From: Malacoraja senta
Lineage: Eukaryota
Direction of reading: 5' to 3'
DNA: 64,000 nt
Assembly: GCA_038087875.1 (NCBI GenBank)
Contig: CM075990.1
Location: forward strand, 6,202,001 to 6,266,000
In this document: positions 1 to 11,685 of the stretch, piece by piece
How positions within the stretch are numbered: the stretch's first letter is position 1
How the letters are laid out: each line of letters starts with the position of its first letter
The notes under the pieces: model-generated
Database searches by the model: none
Told to the model about the DNA's origin: nothing
Seen by the model: only the letters and a program-made list of their open reading frames with translations
Translations under genes and position numbers: made by a program

Positions 1-1359
1 TCCACTGACCCATCTGAATTAGCTGTAGCTACATTTAAAATGAATTTAGTAAATTAAGCTTTGAAAATCATCAGCTATGAAATTACAGCACTTGATTAGT
101 AATTCTCAAAATAATAAAAAAATATCCTTTATTGTTTTGAAATGTATTAAAATTTCTGGAAGAGTGCAAGATGAATTAATACTGACCTATTAGTAAATTA
201 TTGGTTACAGCTCTGAGTTGTCACAATAACTTCATCCTTTCAGATGCCCATGCATCACAAGTCTTGATTACCCCTCAAACATTTCACTGCTCTGAGGATC
301 AACCCGTCCCTTTGTTGATGTGCCACCTACTAATCAAAACTGTTATCAAATTAACTCCCACATCAAATGAGATTTGGCACTTTTTTTGCATCGAGGATGG
401 ATTATTTATTAAGGACTATCTTAACAGGCAGCTCATCTACAACCGCTGCTTCATGCCATCTCCTGGAAGCTGCCATCCCCAAGCACATACCATCCTGACA
501 TGGAAATATATCACCTTTCTTCACCAACACGGGCTCAAAACCCTGGAGCACTCTCTCTAACAGCATTGTGATACATCCACACCTGCGAGACTGCAGCGCT
601 TCAAGGTGGCAACTCGCCACCACCTCCTCAAAGGCAATTCGGGATGGGCAATGAAATGCTGGCTCTGCCTTCAAAGCCCACATCTCTTCAATGATAAATT
701 AGCTATTATCAGCATCATATTCCTTCATGCAAACCGTACTATGCATGAAAATATTACATTTAATGGGGAAAACCCTGTGTACGCGCACATCGGATCAGCT
801 TGGCTGGAGGCACAGCACTGTAACTGGGGACATGGAGCCTTTACCTTTACTTTCTGTTGTTTGTTACACAGAGAAAGAGTGGCTTGTGTGATGGCAGGAG
901 TCTCAGAAGAGAGTTGAGATATACTACTCTGCGATATTCTAGAAAGTGGCCCTTATTTGCTCTCAAACAAAGAACAGTAAAGTTTAGTTGGTAACAGTTA
1001 AGTTTAGCGCCGAGCCTCAAACTCGTGAGCATACAACTGGTGGCAGGTTGCCTGCATAGATCCTGAGCTTAATTATTGCTTTTGGTTCATCTCGATTCAA
1101 TGACAAAAGAAAACAAAAGTTTGTTTCCAATCTGTGACTTTTTTTAATGTTTTAGATTCCAATATCAACTAATCCTAAACAAATTGACGAAGTTATACGC
1201 AATGCAGAATCTACCTTCCAGCAGGGGCATAAAATAGTGATCCTGAGACCAGTGAGAAATGAAACAACACGAAACAGAACAATCCACCTCTGTAATCTTT
1301 TGGGAATGGCTTGGATTATGTAGCTGTCCATGCAGAAAGATGTGCACTAAGATCTAGAG

Positions 1360-1524
1360 TTTAAGAAGGAACTGCAGATGCTGGAAAATTGAAGGTAGAC
1401 AAAAATGCTGGAGAAAGTCAGCGGGTGAGGCAGCATCTATGGAGCGAAGGAAATAGGTGACGTTTCGGGTCGAGATGCTCCATAGATGCTGCCTCACCCG
1501 CTGAGTTTCTCCGGCATTTTTTCC
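1360..1524. mobile_element. Palindromic Penelope-derived short element
   Basis: Inverted GATGCTGCCTCACCCGCTGA arms. 15-bp TSD CACTAAGATCTAGAG at 1345-1359 and 1525-1539. Confidence 0.75.
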
Positions 1525-2210
1525 CACTAAGATCTAGAGATCGCTGTGGGGTAAAGTTCCTTTTTTTCTAACATCAATTACGTTTTTTCACCTGATCACA
1601 TGCATCTACAGCAGTAATGTCTTCAGGAGGGCTCAGAAACCAATCACACTATAGACAAATTATCCCTGACCACAAGAGGTATTGCTCTAATGTTCAGCTA
1701 AGTTTGTTAAGTATTTGATAGAGAATTATGTTAATGCTGAGGCATTTGCTTGAATATAGCAGAAAGTGAAATATGAATGTTAAAAGCAAAATTTAATTAT
1801 TTTGAAAATTATTCACAAAGATTTAAACTTTACAAGTTAAATTGCTTTTTAAAAAGTGCTGGAGAGATATTTGACATGGATTATACTAAGCGATTAAAAA
1901 AGTTACAAGCAATTGAACAAGACTCAACTTTTAGCACTGTTTTTCTTAAGAGTGAAAATATTGCCCAAAAAGTCCACATTTTTATTATTTCCATGAATTG
2001 AATCAGATTTCAACCTACAGCGACTTAAAATCATCCTCTATTTGGGCAGGGTGACACACAAACAGCAACTTCTGAAATACAGCTATTAACAATGCAGCTA
2101 TTGCTGTCAATTTTGCAGTGGAACGTAGCAAATGCCGACAGTTTCATTGTCACTACAACTGCAAAATCTGGAGACCAGCTTGTAACCGCAGTGCCTTGAG
2201 TCTTTCCTAC

Positions 2211-2408
2211 CTTGACAACAGGCTCCCCTATACCGCCGTTCTGAAATATCCAGTGAACTGTGGGGATTACTCCATAGGCAGCGATGAAACAGAAGAGCAG
2301 AATGCGTAGCTTGTGGCAATGTTGAGAGGCGTACTGTGGATGGATTTGCGTGAGGAACATCACAACAATCATGGCCAGCACGGTTATCAGGTACACTTGT
2401 CTCCAGTA
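2211..2408 (-). CDS. PAQR3: PAQR3-like coding exon 4 (gene continues left of the window)
   Basis: YWRQVYLITVLAMIVVMFLTQIHPQYASQHCHKLRILLFCFIAAYGVIPTVHWIFQNGGIGEPVVK. gcag| acceptor, AAG|GTAGGA donor. 198 nt. The final exons were not found in 1-2210. Confidence 0.93.
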
Positions 2409-2481
2409 CTGCTTTGAGAAGGCAAGAAAACGCATATAATTACAGAGCCAGAGGGCGTCTCTCATTTTAAAAATTCTCTGT

Positions 2482-2700
2482 GGTAGATAAAAATGCTGGA
2501 GAAACTCAGCAGGTGAGGCAGCATCTATGGAGCAAAGGAATAGGCAACGTTTCGAGTCGAGACCCTTCTTCAGTCTGAAGAAAGGTCTCGACCCGAAACG
2601 TCGCCTATTCCTTCTCTTCACAGATGCTGCCTCACCTGCTGAGTTTCTCCAGCATTTTGTCTACCTTCGATTTTTCCAGCATCTGCAGTTCTTTCTTAAA
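2482..2700. mobile_element. Palindromic Penelope-derived short element with two back-to-back hammerhead cores
   Basis: GTTTCGAGTCGAGACCCTTCTTCAG-T-CTGAAGAAAGGTCTCGACCCGAAACGTC at the centre of a long inverted repeat. Confidence 0.75.
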
Positions 2701-3504
2701 ATACTCCATAGTCATTTATAAGTGACAATTTCTAAAATGTTCTTTACACACCACTAACCTCTCTACCTGGCACTAATAGCTCATGCTTAATAACACATTA
2801 ATATTACAGTAACTATACAATTACAAAGCAGAATCTGAGCAAAACCCCTTTTAGTTGTGACAGAAATGTTTTACAGATCCTGCACTCAAAATTACTTTGG
2901 TTGATTCCCTGTTTGATGGGTTTTAAGTACAATTACTTTTGCATTCTGAACATTATCTTCAGTTGATGTACATCTAGTAATTGGCCAACCCTGGATCAAT
3001 TATCTGTTCAGTACCAACCTTCTTTGGTCAAACAACATTCAGAAACATCTGCAAATTAAGTTTTAAAAGGGTTGATTTTAAATAGTTAATTGATTGTTAG
3101 CACCGGTTAATATTAATATTAATCTGCTCATTTCTGCACTGAGTATGTGCATTGGACATGTATTTATAATAATTTGAAATGCCGCATTTTATATCCCTTT
3201 TTTCCCTTTATTCCAGCTATTAATCTGATGTTAAAGTATTTTGTTCACTCTGTACAGGGTCATTGGAGTCAGTTTTGAGTTAACTTCACCAAACTAATTT
3301 AATCAAGCTCACCGCCCTTCACACTGAGGGGGAATATTTTGAGGAAGAATAATGACACCACCTTTCCATAAACTATAAGGTAGTTTCCATTTTGCTAATT
3401 ATCTACATATGATCATTTTTAGTGATCATATGCAGAGAACATTTACCTCATTGGTCTAAGATGAATTTGAATTAAGTTCCAAGTGGTGAGAAATCTATAT
3501 ACCA

Positions 3505-3817
3505 TTTAGTTTTTTAGTTTTAGAGATACAGCGCGGAAACAGGCCCTTCGGCCCAACGAGTCCGCACTGACCAGCGATTCCCACATATTAACACTAGCCT
3601 ACACATACTAGGGACGATTTTTCATTTATATCAAGCCAACTAACCTACAAACCTGTACTTTGGAATGTGGGAGGAAACTGAGCTTCTCGGAGAAAAAACC
3701 CTCACAGGTCAGGGTGAGAATGTACAAACTCCGTACAGACAAGCACCCGTAGTCAGGATCGAACCCGGGTCTCTGGCGCTGTAAGGCAGCAACTCTACCA
3801 CTACGCCACCGTGCCGC
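3505..3817 (-). mobile_element. tRNA-derived V-SINE (HE1-like)
   Basis: Minus-strand head with A box and B box (GGTTCGATCC), V-domain (GGAGTTTGTACATTCTC...TTCCTCCCACATTCCAAAG) and an (ACTAAA)n tail. Confidence 0.8.
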
Positions 3818-4002
3818 TCTTGTATAGAGACTTGCATATATTACATTATATACTGTATTCCATATTATATCATTGGACATCCAAAGGTCTAATTTCACTC
3901 TATTCACATATCCCACTTGTTGCTGGACATTTATTTATAGTATATACTTTTTTTAAACACCAACAATTACTTATGATTTACAAAGGACAACAAAAGACTT
4001 AC

Positions 4003-4158
4003 CTCAGCACAATAAAAGGCATAAAAGACTCCTGGGACATAGCATCCCAACATTCCTACTGAGACCCCAGCATAGTCAAGGGCAAGCCACTGCTGGCTGG
4101 TTTTCTCGGAGTGGTGGCAGCAGAAGAGGTGATACCCCGCGGAGCAGAGCATGCAGAA
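4003..4158 (-). CDS. PAQR3: PAQR3-like coding exon 3
   Basis: FCMLCSAGYHLFCCHHSEKTSQQWLALDYAGVSVGMLGCYVPGVFYAFYCAE, with the SxxYH and DYAG motifs. ccgcag| acceptor, GAG|GTAAGT donor. 156 nt. Confidence 0.94.
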
Positions 4159-4205
4159 CTGCGGATGGAAGCAAACTCCTTAGACTGATACACTGGTAAG
4201 TGTCA

Positions 4206-4545
4206 CACGAGGTCATAAATTATAGGAGCAGAATTAGGCCATTCGGCCCATCATGTCTACTCCGCCATTGAATCATGCCTGATCGATCTCTCCCTCCTAA
4301 CCCCATTCCCCTGCTTTCTCCCCTTAACCCGACACCCGCACTTATCAAGAATCTGTCTATCTCTGCCTTAAAAATATCCATTGACTTGGCCTCCACAGCC
4401 TTCTGTGGCAAAGAATTCCACAGATTCACCACCCTCTAACTAAAGAAATTCCTCCTCATCTCCTTCCCAAAGGAATGTCCTTTAATTCTGAGGCTAAGAC
4501 CTCTAGTCCTAGACTCTCCCACCAGTGGAAACATCCGCTCAACAT
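4206..4545 (-). mobile_element. CR1-type LINE 3' fragment
   Basis: VNLWNSLPQKAVEA...FKAEIDRFL and a GGCCGAATGGCCT-type 3' UTR. Confidence 0.8.
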
Positions 4546-4660
4546 TTCACTATTCACCGAGTGAAACAGCCTGGAAACTGGGACCCTTTGACCTACGAGT
4601 CTCTCAGTCATCAAGTACTATCTATACTACTCCTATTTTCCAGCACCTGGTCCATAGCTA

Positions 4661-6274
4661 CAGTGGCTTGCAAAAGTATTCATACCCCTTGAACTTTTCC
4701 ACATTTTGTCACGTTACAACCACAAACGTAAATGTATTTTATTGGGATTTTATGTGATAGACCAACACAAAGTGGCGCATAATTGTGAAGTGGAAGGAAA
4801 TTGATACATGTTTTCAAATTTTTTTACAAATAAAAAACTGAAGTGTCGCGTGCAAAAGTATTCAGCCCCCTTTACTCTGATACCCCTAAATAAAATCCAG
4901 TGCAACCAATTGCCTTCAGAAGTCACCTAATTAGTAAATAGAGTCCACTTGTGTGTAATCTAATCTCAGTATAAATACAGCTGTTCTGTGAAGGCCTCAG
5001 AGGTTTGTTAGAGAACATTAGTGAACAAACAGCATCATGAAGCCCAAGGAACACACCAGACAGGTCAGGGATAAAGTTGTGGAGAAGTTTAAAGCAGGGT
5101 TAGGTTATAAACAAATATCCCAAGCTTTGAACATCTCACGGAGCACTGTTCAATCCATCATCCGAAAATGGAAAGAGTATGGCACAACTGCAAACCTACC
5201 AAGACATGGCCGTCCACCTAAACCAAGGAGAGCATTGATCAGAGAAGCAGCCAAGAGGCCCATGGTAACTCTGGAGGAGCTGCAGAGATCCACAGTTCAG
5301 GTGGGAGAATCTGTCCACAGGACAACTATTAGTCATGCACTCCACAAATCGGGCCTTTATGGAAGAGTGGCAAGACGAAAGCCATTGTTGAAAAAAAGCC
5401 ATAAGAAGTCCCGTTTGCAGTTTGCCACAAGCCATGTGGGGGACACAGCAAACATGTGGAGGAAGGTGCTCTGGTCAGATGAGACGAAAATTGAAGTTTT
5501 TGGCCTAAATGCAAAACGCTATGTGTGGCGGAAACCTAACACTGCACATCACACTGAACACACCATCCCCACTGTGAAACATGGTGGTGGCAGCATCATG
5601 CTGTGGGGATTCTTTTCTTCAACAGGGACAGGGACAGGGACAGGGAAGCTGGTCAGAGTTGATGGGAAGATGGATGGAGCCAAATACAGGGCAATCTTGG
5701 AAGAAAACCTGTTAGAGTCTGCAAAAGACTTGAGACTGGGGCGGAGGTTCACCTTCCAGCAGGACGACGCCCCTAAACATACAGCCAGAGCTACAATGGA
5801 ATGGTTTAGATCAAAGCATGTTCATGTGTTAGAATGGCCCAGTCAAAGTCCAGACCTAAATCCAATTGAGAATCTCTGGCAAGACTTGAAAATTGCTGTT
5901 CACAGACCCTCTCCATCCAATCTGACTGAGCTTGAGCTATTTTGCAAAGAAGAATGGGGAAAAATTTCAGTCTCTAGATGTGCAAAGCTGGTAGAGACAT
6001 ACCCCAAAAGACTTGCAGCTGTAATTGCAGCGAAAGGTGGTTCTACAAAGTATTGACTCAGGGGGACTGAATACTTCTGCACGTGACACTTTTCAGTTTT
6101 TTATTTGTAAAAAAATTTGAAAACCATGTATCATTTTCCTTCCACTTCACAATTATGCACCACTTTGTGTTGGTCTATCATATAAAATCCCAATAAAATA
6201 CATTTACGTATGTGGTTGTAACGTGACAAAATGTGGAAAAGTTCAAGGGGTATGAAAACTTTTGCAAGCCACTG
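4661..6274 (+). mobile_element. Full-length Tc1 DNA transposon, Passport/Eagle-like, in PAQR3-like intron 2
   Basis: TA|CAGTGGCTTGCAAAAGT...ACTTTTGCAAGCCACTG|TA. About 210-bp IR/DR-type terminal inverted repeats (4661-4870 and 6061-6274). Carries a transposase ORF. Confidence 0.96.
5037..6056 (+). CDS. Tc1 transposase (DD34E), 339 aa uninterrupted ORF
   Basis: Paired-like HTH, GRPP AT-hook, WSDETK, FQQDDAPKH and SPDLNPIENLW. 34 residues between the second D and the E. Confidence 0.93.
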   Translation: MKPKEHTRQVRDKVVEKFKAGLGYKQISQALNISRSTVQSIIRKWKEYGTTANLPRHGRPPKPRRALIREAAKRPMVTLEELQRSTVQVGESVHRTTISHALHKSGLYGRVARRKPLLKKSHKKSRLQFATSHVGDTANMWRKVLWSDETKIEVFGLNAKRYVWRKPNTAHHTEHTIPTVKHGGGSIMLWGFFSSTGTGTGTGKLVRVDGKMDGAKYRAILEENLLESAKDLRLGRRFTFQQDDAPKHTARATMEWFRSKHVHVLEWPSQSPDLNPIENLWQDLKIAVHRPSPSNLTELELFCKEEWGKISVSRCAKLVETYPKRLAAVIAAKGGSTKY

Positions 6275-6940
6275 TATCTATGCCACGATGTTTCAGTGCT
6301 CATCTATATGCTTCTGAAGTGCAGTGAGAGGAGTCTCCTTCACCACCCCTCATGTTACACATTCCAGATTTCAATCACCCTCTGCATGGAAATGTCCCTT
6401 CTCCAGTACCCACTAAATTACTTACCCTGACTTTAAATCCAAGCCTTCTTGTCATGGACAACTCCGTCAAGGGTTTAAACATGATACTTGTGATTGGCAA
6501 AACATAAATTATTACAGCTTTATTCTGCTTCAAGGACCCATTTGTTAGTTAAGTAATCAAAGAATGGCGGAATGGCATGAAGGTGCTTGTCAACTATGTT
6601 CAGAGTCATTCCTGAGTTTGTTAGGAGGACACAAAATGCTGGAGTAACTCAGCGGGACAGGCAGCATCTCTGGATAAATCCTTCTTGTGTTTGTTACATT
6701 GTTTAATTCAATAAATTGAATCTCAATGCTACATAACATGTTTTATTGGACAAAGAATACAATTAAAAATAAATGTAAATAATTAGTTTAAAATGTTACT
6801 CTATGAATTTTGGGTCAGTCAGATGAAATCTTATCCACAACTACTACATTACTACTCCCAACTGATTTGAACAAAATGAGGGCTAACTAAATCATAGCAC
6901 AAATGGACTACCATCTTTTTTTTAACAAGTTGTAACTATT

Positions 6941-7477
6941 TACGGTGATGCGGTGGTGAAGCTGGTAGAGCTGCTGCCTCACGGCACCAGAGATCCAGTC
7001 TCGATCCTGACCTCGGGAGCTGTCTGTGAGGCGTTTGCACGTTCTCCTTGTGAGGCGTGGGTTTCCTCTGGCTGTTCTGGTTTCTTCCCACATCCCAAAG
7101 ACGTGCTGGTTTGCAGGTAGGAAGGAACTGCAGATGCTGGTTTACATCGAAGATAGTTACAAAATGTTGGAGTAACTCAGCAGGACAGGCGGCATCTCTG
7201 GACAGAAGTAATGGGTGACATTTCGGGTCCAGACCCTTCTTCTTCTTCTTAAGTCTGAAGGTCTCGACCCGAAGTGTCACTCATTCCTTCTACCCTGAGA
7301 TGCTGCCTGTCCCGCTGAGTTTTGTCCCGCTGTCCAGCATTTTGTGTCTATCTTCTGGTTTGTAGGTTGATTGGCTTCTATAATTTGCCCCTAGTGTGTA
7401 GGGAGTGGACAGTGGTATAACATGCAACTAGTTTGAATGGGAGAAAGGGCCTGTTTCCATGCTGTATCTCTAAACTA
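6941..7477 (+). mobile_element. V-SINE interrupted by a Penelope-derived element
   Basis: tRNA-like head, V-domain, tail ending TCTCTAAACTA. Confidence 0.7.
7119..7354. mobile_element. Palindromic Penelope-derived element nested in a V-SINE
   Basis: TSD CTGGTTTG(C/T)AGGT at 7106-7118 and 7355-7367 splits the host SINE. Confidence 0.72.
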
Positions 7478-8585
7478 TTGCTCGTACTAAAAAGCTTTAT
7501 TCTTCCACATCTTTCCTTTAAAAAATATATACTCATAGTTAATTTTTCCATCATATTTTCAGGCATTGCATTCCAGAAGTAGCAAATTATTCAAAAAAAA
7601 ACTGCAACTGGTTCTTTGGCCAATGATCACAAATCCGTCTCTTGGTTACTGAGAGTTTTCTCCCCCGTCCACTTTATCATGGTTTTGAATATCGCAACTA
7701 ATTCTCCTCTCAAGTTACTCACTGCATGTTGAACAATCCTGACCTCTCCACTGAACTCTGTTCCTGGTATCAGCTGAATATATCTCCTCTACGCCTACAC
7801 TTTTCCAAAGCCATGGTGGTTTCTGAATGGACATAAAGTCACAGTGTCTTACAGCGTGGAAACTGGCTCTAATGCCCAACTTGCCCAAACCGGCCAACAT
7901 TAGTCACACTAGTCACACCTGCCTGCGTTTGGCCCATATATGCCTCTAAACCTGTCCTAACCATGCACCTCTCCAAGTGTTTCTTAAACGTTACGATTGT
8001 ATCTGCCTCAACTACCTCCTCTGGCAGCTCATTCCATACACCTTCCACCCTTTATGTGAAAAGGACCTTCCATAAGCTAGGATACTTACTGTCCAACTCG
8101 CCTCCACCCCATTGTGGACATTGGGCCCTATCTATGCAAACTGATGTGCTACAATGCTGTGAACTTTATTCTGCACTCTGCACATTCCCCTTTGCTAAAC
8201 TTATTGTACTCAAGTTTAACTTGATTGTAGTTAAGTAGAGTAAATAAAACTTTTCACCGTAGCACGATACACATTACAATAATAAATCTGAACCTTTTTT
8301 CTCTGGTGTCCAGAAATTGACACAAGATACAGAATTGTAGATCTGCATCATATAAGAATTGATAGTAAATTAGTGCAATAATAACATTCAGGAAATGCCC
8401 ACTGTCAGTGCTAGGAAAGTGACCCATTTTCCGCATGCTGTCCGTATCCACTTAGCATGCTCAAGATCAGGGATACAGTGATGATATGGCACTGATGATT
8501 GGTGGAAAGATATAGCATGGAAACAGGCCCTTCAGCCCATCGAGTCCATGCTGACAATTGATCACCCGTTCACAATGGTTCTAGG

Positions 8586-8754
8586 AGTAGGAAGGAACTG
8601 CAGATGCCGGTTTACACCAAAGATAGACACAAAATAGAGAACCAAACTCCAGTCTGAAGCAGGGTGGTCGATCCGAATCATCACCTATTACTTTTCTCCA
8701 GAGATGCTGCCTGACCCGCTGAGTGACTCCAGCATTTTGTGTCCCTCTTCACAC
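8586..8754. mobile_element. Penelope-derived element nested in a V-SINE
   Basis: TSD TGGTTCTAGG at 8576-8585 and 8755-8764. Degenerate CTGAAG...CCGAA core. Confidence 0.7.
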
Positions 8755-9079
8755 TGGTTCTAGGTTCCCCCACTTTCGCATCCACTCCTGACACACTAGG
8801 GGTCCGTAAGCTACAAACTCGCACGCCTTTGGGATGTGGGAGGAAACCGGAGCACCTGGAGAAACACACATGGTCACAGGGAGAACATGCTAACTCCACA
8901 CAGACATCACCCAAGGTCAGGACCTAACCGGGGTCTATCGCACTATGAAAGAACAGCTCTACCAGCTGCACCACTGTGCCGGCTTCAAGTATAGATTTGA
9001 AATTCTTGTCACTTTTTTCCTTCTCCCATCCTGCCTCCTTTCAACTTTTCCCTTAAAAAAAAAAAAAAAAGTGACTCAC

Positions 9080-9242
9080 CTGGAAACAGAAGCCAAAAAT
9101 AATAAAAACAACATAGTCATCCCTGGTGCTGTTTGACGATGGCAACAGGAAGCAAGTATCATGTAGACCCATGAGGAAGAACAACAGGAACCCCAGCAAG
9201 TGGCTCCATATATTCACACTCTCGTTGGACAAAACAAAGAGG
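9080..9242 (-). CDS. PAQR3: PAQR3-like coding exon 2
   Basis: Not in the ORF track. Read by hand as (S)LFVLSNESVNIWSHLLGFLLFFLMGLHDTCFLLPSSNSTRDDYVVFIIFGFCFQ, containing the PAQR ExxNIWSH motif. AG acceptor, CAG|GTGAGT donor. 163 nt restores the frame. Confidence 0.93.
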
Positions 9243-9579
9243 CTATTTTCAAAAGGATCGAAAACACAATAATGTCAGTGAAATACACACTTGTAACATT
9301 CGAATGTTGCAAAAATTAGATTAGATGTATATTGTGGTCAGTAGAGATACTTTGTATTCAAACTTCCCACATTCTCAAATAAAGGACATTTAAGAGAACA
9401 AATAATTATTACAATTCCCTTCTAGTGATACGAAACAAAATGTTGAAAATTCCAGCAGGCTACTTTCACAGCTCAGGTTTGCATTCCTTCTTGTGGAAGG
9501 GAGCTGGTGGTGGTGTTGGGGGAGGGGGGGGGGGGAGTGTGGGGTGGGGAAGAACATACATGGTTGATCTAGCCATGAC

Positions 9580-10085
9580 TAGAGTCATTGAATGATACTG
9601 GACAACAATGTCCCACCTACCCTAGTCCCACTTGCCTGCGCTTGGTCCATAACCCTCCAAACCTGTCCTATCCATGTACCTGTCCAACTGTTTTGTAAAC
9701 GGTGGGATAATCCCAGCCTCAACTACCTCCTCTGGCAGCTTGTTCCATACACCCACAACCCTCTGTGTGAAAAAGTTACCCTTCGGATTCCTATTAATCT
9801 TTTCCCCTTCACCTTAAACCTATGTCCTCTGGTCCTCGATTCCCCTGTGCATCTACCCGATCTATTCCTCTCATGATTTTGTACACCTCTATAAGATCTC
9901 CCCTCATCCTCTGACGCTCCATGAAATAGAGACCCAGCCTACTCAACCTCTCCCTATAGCTCACACCCTCTAGTCCTGGCAACATCCTGGTAAATCTTTT
10001 CTGAACCCTTTCAAGCTTGACAATATCTTTCCTATAACATGGTGCCCAGAACGGAACACAATATTCTAAATGCGGTCCCACTAAC
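9580..10085 (-). mobile_element. CR1-type LINE 3' fragment
   Basis: PHLEYCVPFWAP...LERVQKRFTRMLPGL..SYRERL...RGDLIEVYKIMRG. Confidence 0.85.
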
Positions 10086-11198
10086 GACTATGATCGTGCT
10101 TCTTCGCCACAGTCAAGATTCACCACTGAGAGGCAGCAGATAAAACATAGCGTTATGTTGAAACAATGAAGATTTGTATCACGAGACACAAAGTACTGCA
10201 GACGCTGGAATCTGGAGCAAAACACAAAGAGCTGCGAGAAAATGGGTAAGGGGCTGCATCCGTTCCTTCTTTAGATTTTAATTACTACCTGCTCCTTCCC
10301 TGTTTAAGAGTTATCGTTGGAAAAACATTAACTGGTCTTTAAAAAGGTGGCAGCAAATTATAATAAAGAATGACAATGTTCTAAAAATCCACCAGCTGAA
10401 CACGAATCAGTTTTGTTTAGGATTTGCAAAGAATGTACCACCTACAAAATAACTCAAGCAGACTGGGAATCCATCCTCCCACTTCAAATATATTTCAACT
10501 AGCACAGTGTGTCATCTGCAAGATGCACTGCAGAGTCTTGCCGAGGGTATTCCAACAGTGGCTCCCACACCCATGATCTTGGAGGATCAGGGCAAGCCAC
10601 CAACTGCAGCTTCGGCTCCACGTTGACATTGTCTTAGACGCCACAAGCCCTTCATTATCACAGGGTCGAAATGCTAGAATATTTCTTTCAGATACAAAGT
10701 GCAAGCAGCACTTTAAGCTAGCATTGACCACCACCTTCTCGAAGACTATTAGACACGGTCAGTAAATCTTGATCTTGATAGCAATGCTCAAAAGATGAAG
10801 AAGTCACTGAAGACCTTTGAAAAATCTTTAAATCGGACTTTATCTTGCACTAAAATGGTACACGCTTTATCCTCATGTGTACACTGTGGACGGCTTGATT
10901 GTAATCATGTGTAGTCTTTTCCTTGACTGGACAGCACGCAACAGAAGCTTTTCACTGTACCTCGCTACACGTGACAATAATAAAATAAAGTACGTTAATA
11001 AAAATAATGTAGAACAAAGGCACCAAAGATGTTGGCGAATAGACAAAAGGCTACAAAGTGCTGGAAAAACTCAGCGTGTTAGGCAGCATCTCTGGAGAAC
11101 ATGGATAAATTAATTACGTTTCAGGTTACACCCCTTCTTCAGACCCAAAACATCTGCGATCCATGTTCACCAGAGATGCTGCCTGACCTGCCGACTTA

Positions 11199-11685
11199 AG
11201 GGCCTGTCCCATGAGCATGCGACTGCACGCGGCAAGCGCGACCTAACGTGGTCGCTTGAGCCGTACGGCCTCGCGGGGCCGGTCCCACTTCGATCACCGG
11301 AGCCGTATGGAGTTGTGTGGAGCTGGTCCCGACATCGCGTGGGGCTCCAAAAAACTAACTGTTCAAAAATTCCGCGCGGCAACGGCCTGCCGGCCCGCAG
11401 CCGCCTCAACGCCGTATGCACCGCCCTCGACGGGCGTGCGCAGCGTCTCGACGCCGTGCATAGCGTCTTGACGCCATACGTCACGCGCAAACTTCCCGCG
11501 GACTTCGCTCGAACTTCACGTCACTCACTCGACCTCCGCGCGGCCCCCACTGGTCGCACTCGCCGCATGCAGTCGCATGCTGGTGGGACAGGCCCTGTAC
11601 GGGGATCACTCGACCTCCGCGCGGCCCCCGCTTCCGGTTTGGAAGCGGGGGCCACGTGCAGTCGCATGCTCGTGGGACAGGACCT
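11199..11685. mobile_element. PIF/Harbinger (Tourist-like) MITE #1, inserted in a Penelope-derived unit
   Basis: TTA|AGGGCCTGTCCCATGAGCATGCGACTGCACG...CGTGCAGTCGCATGCTCGTGGGACAGGACCT|TTA. 3-bp TTA TSD. CpG-rich. Right end internally duplicated. Confidence 0.8.

Noticed and set aside
1..2210. PAQR3-like terminal exons (PERYFPG and SHQxWH motifs)
   Set aside because: Not found on the minus strand, so they presumably lie outside the window. No pseudogene call is made.
2031..2621. 196-aa ORF as a standalone gene
   Set aside because: Read-through chimera of a Penelope palindrome, PAQR3-like exon 4 and intron.
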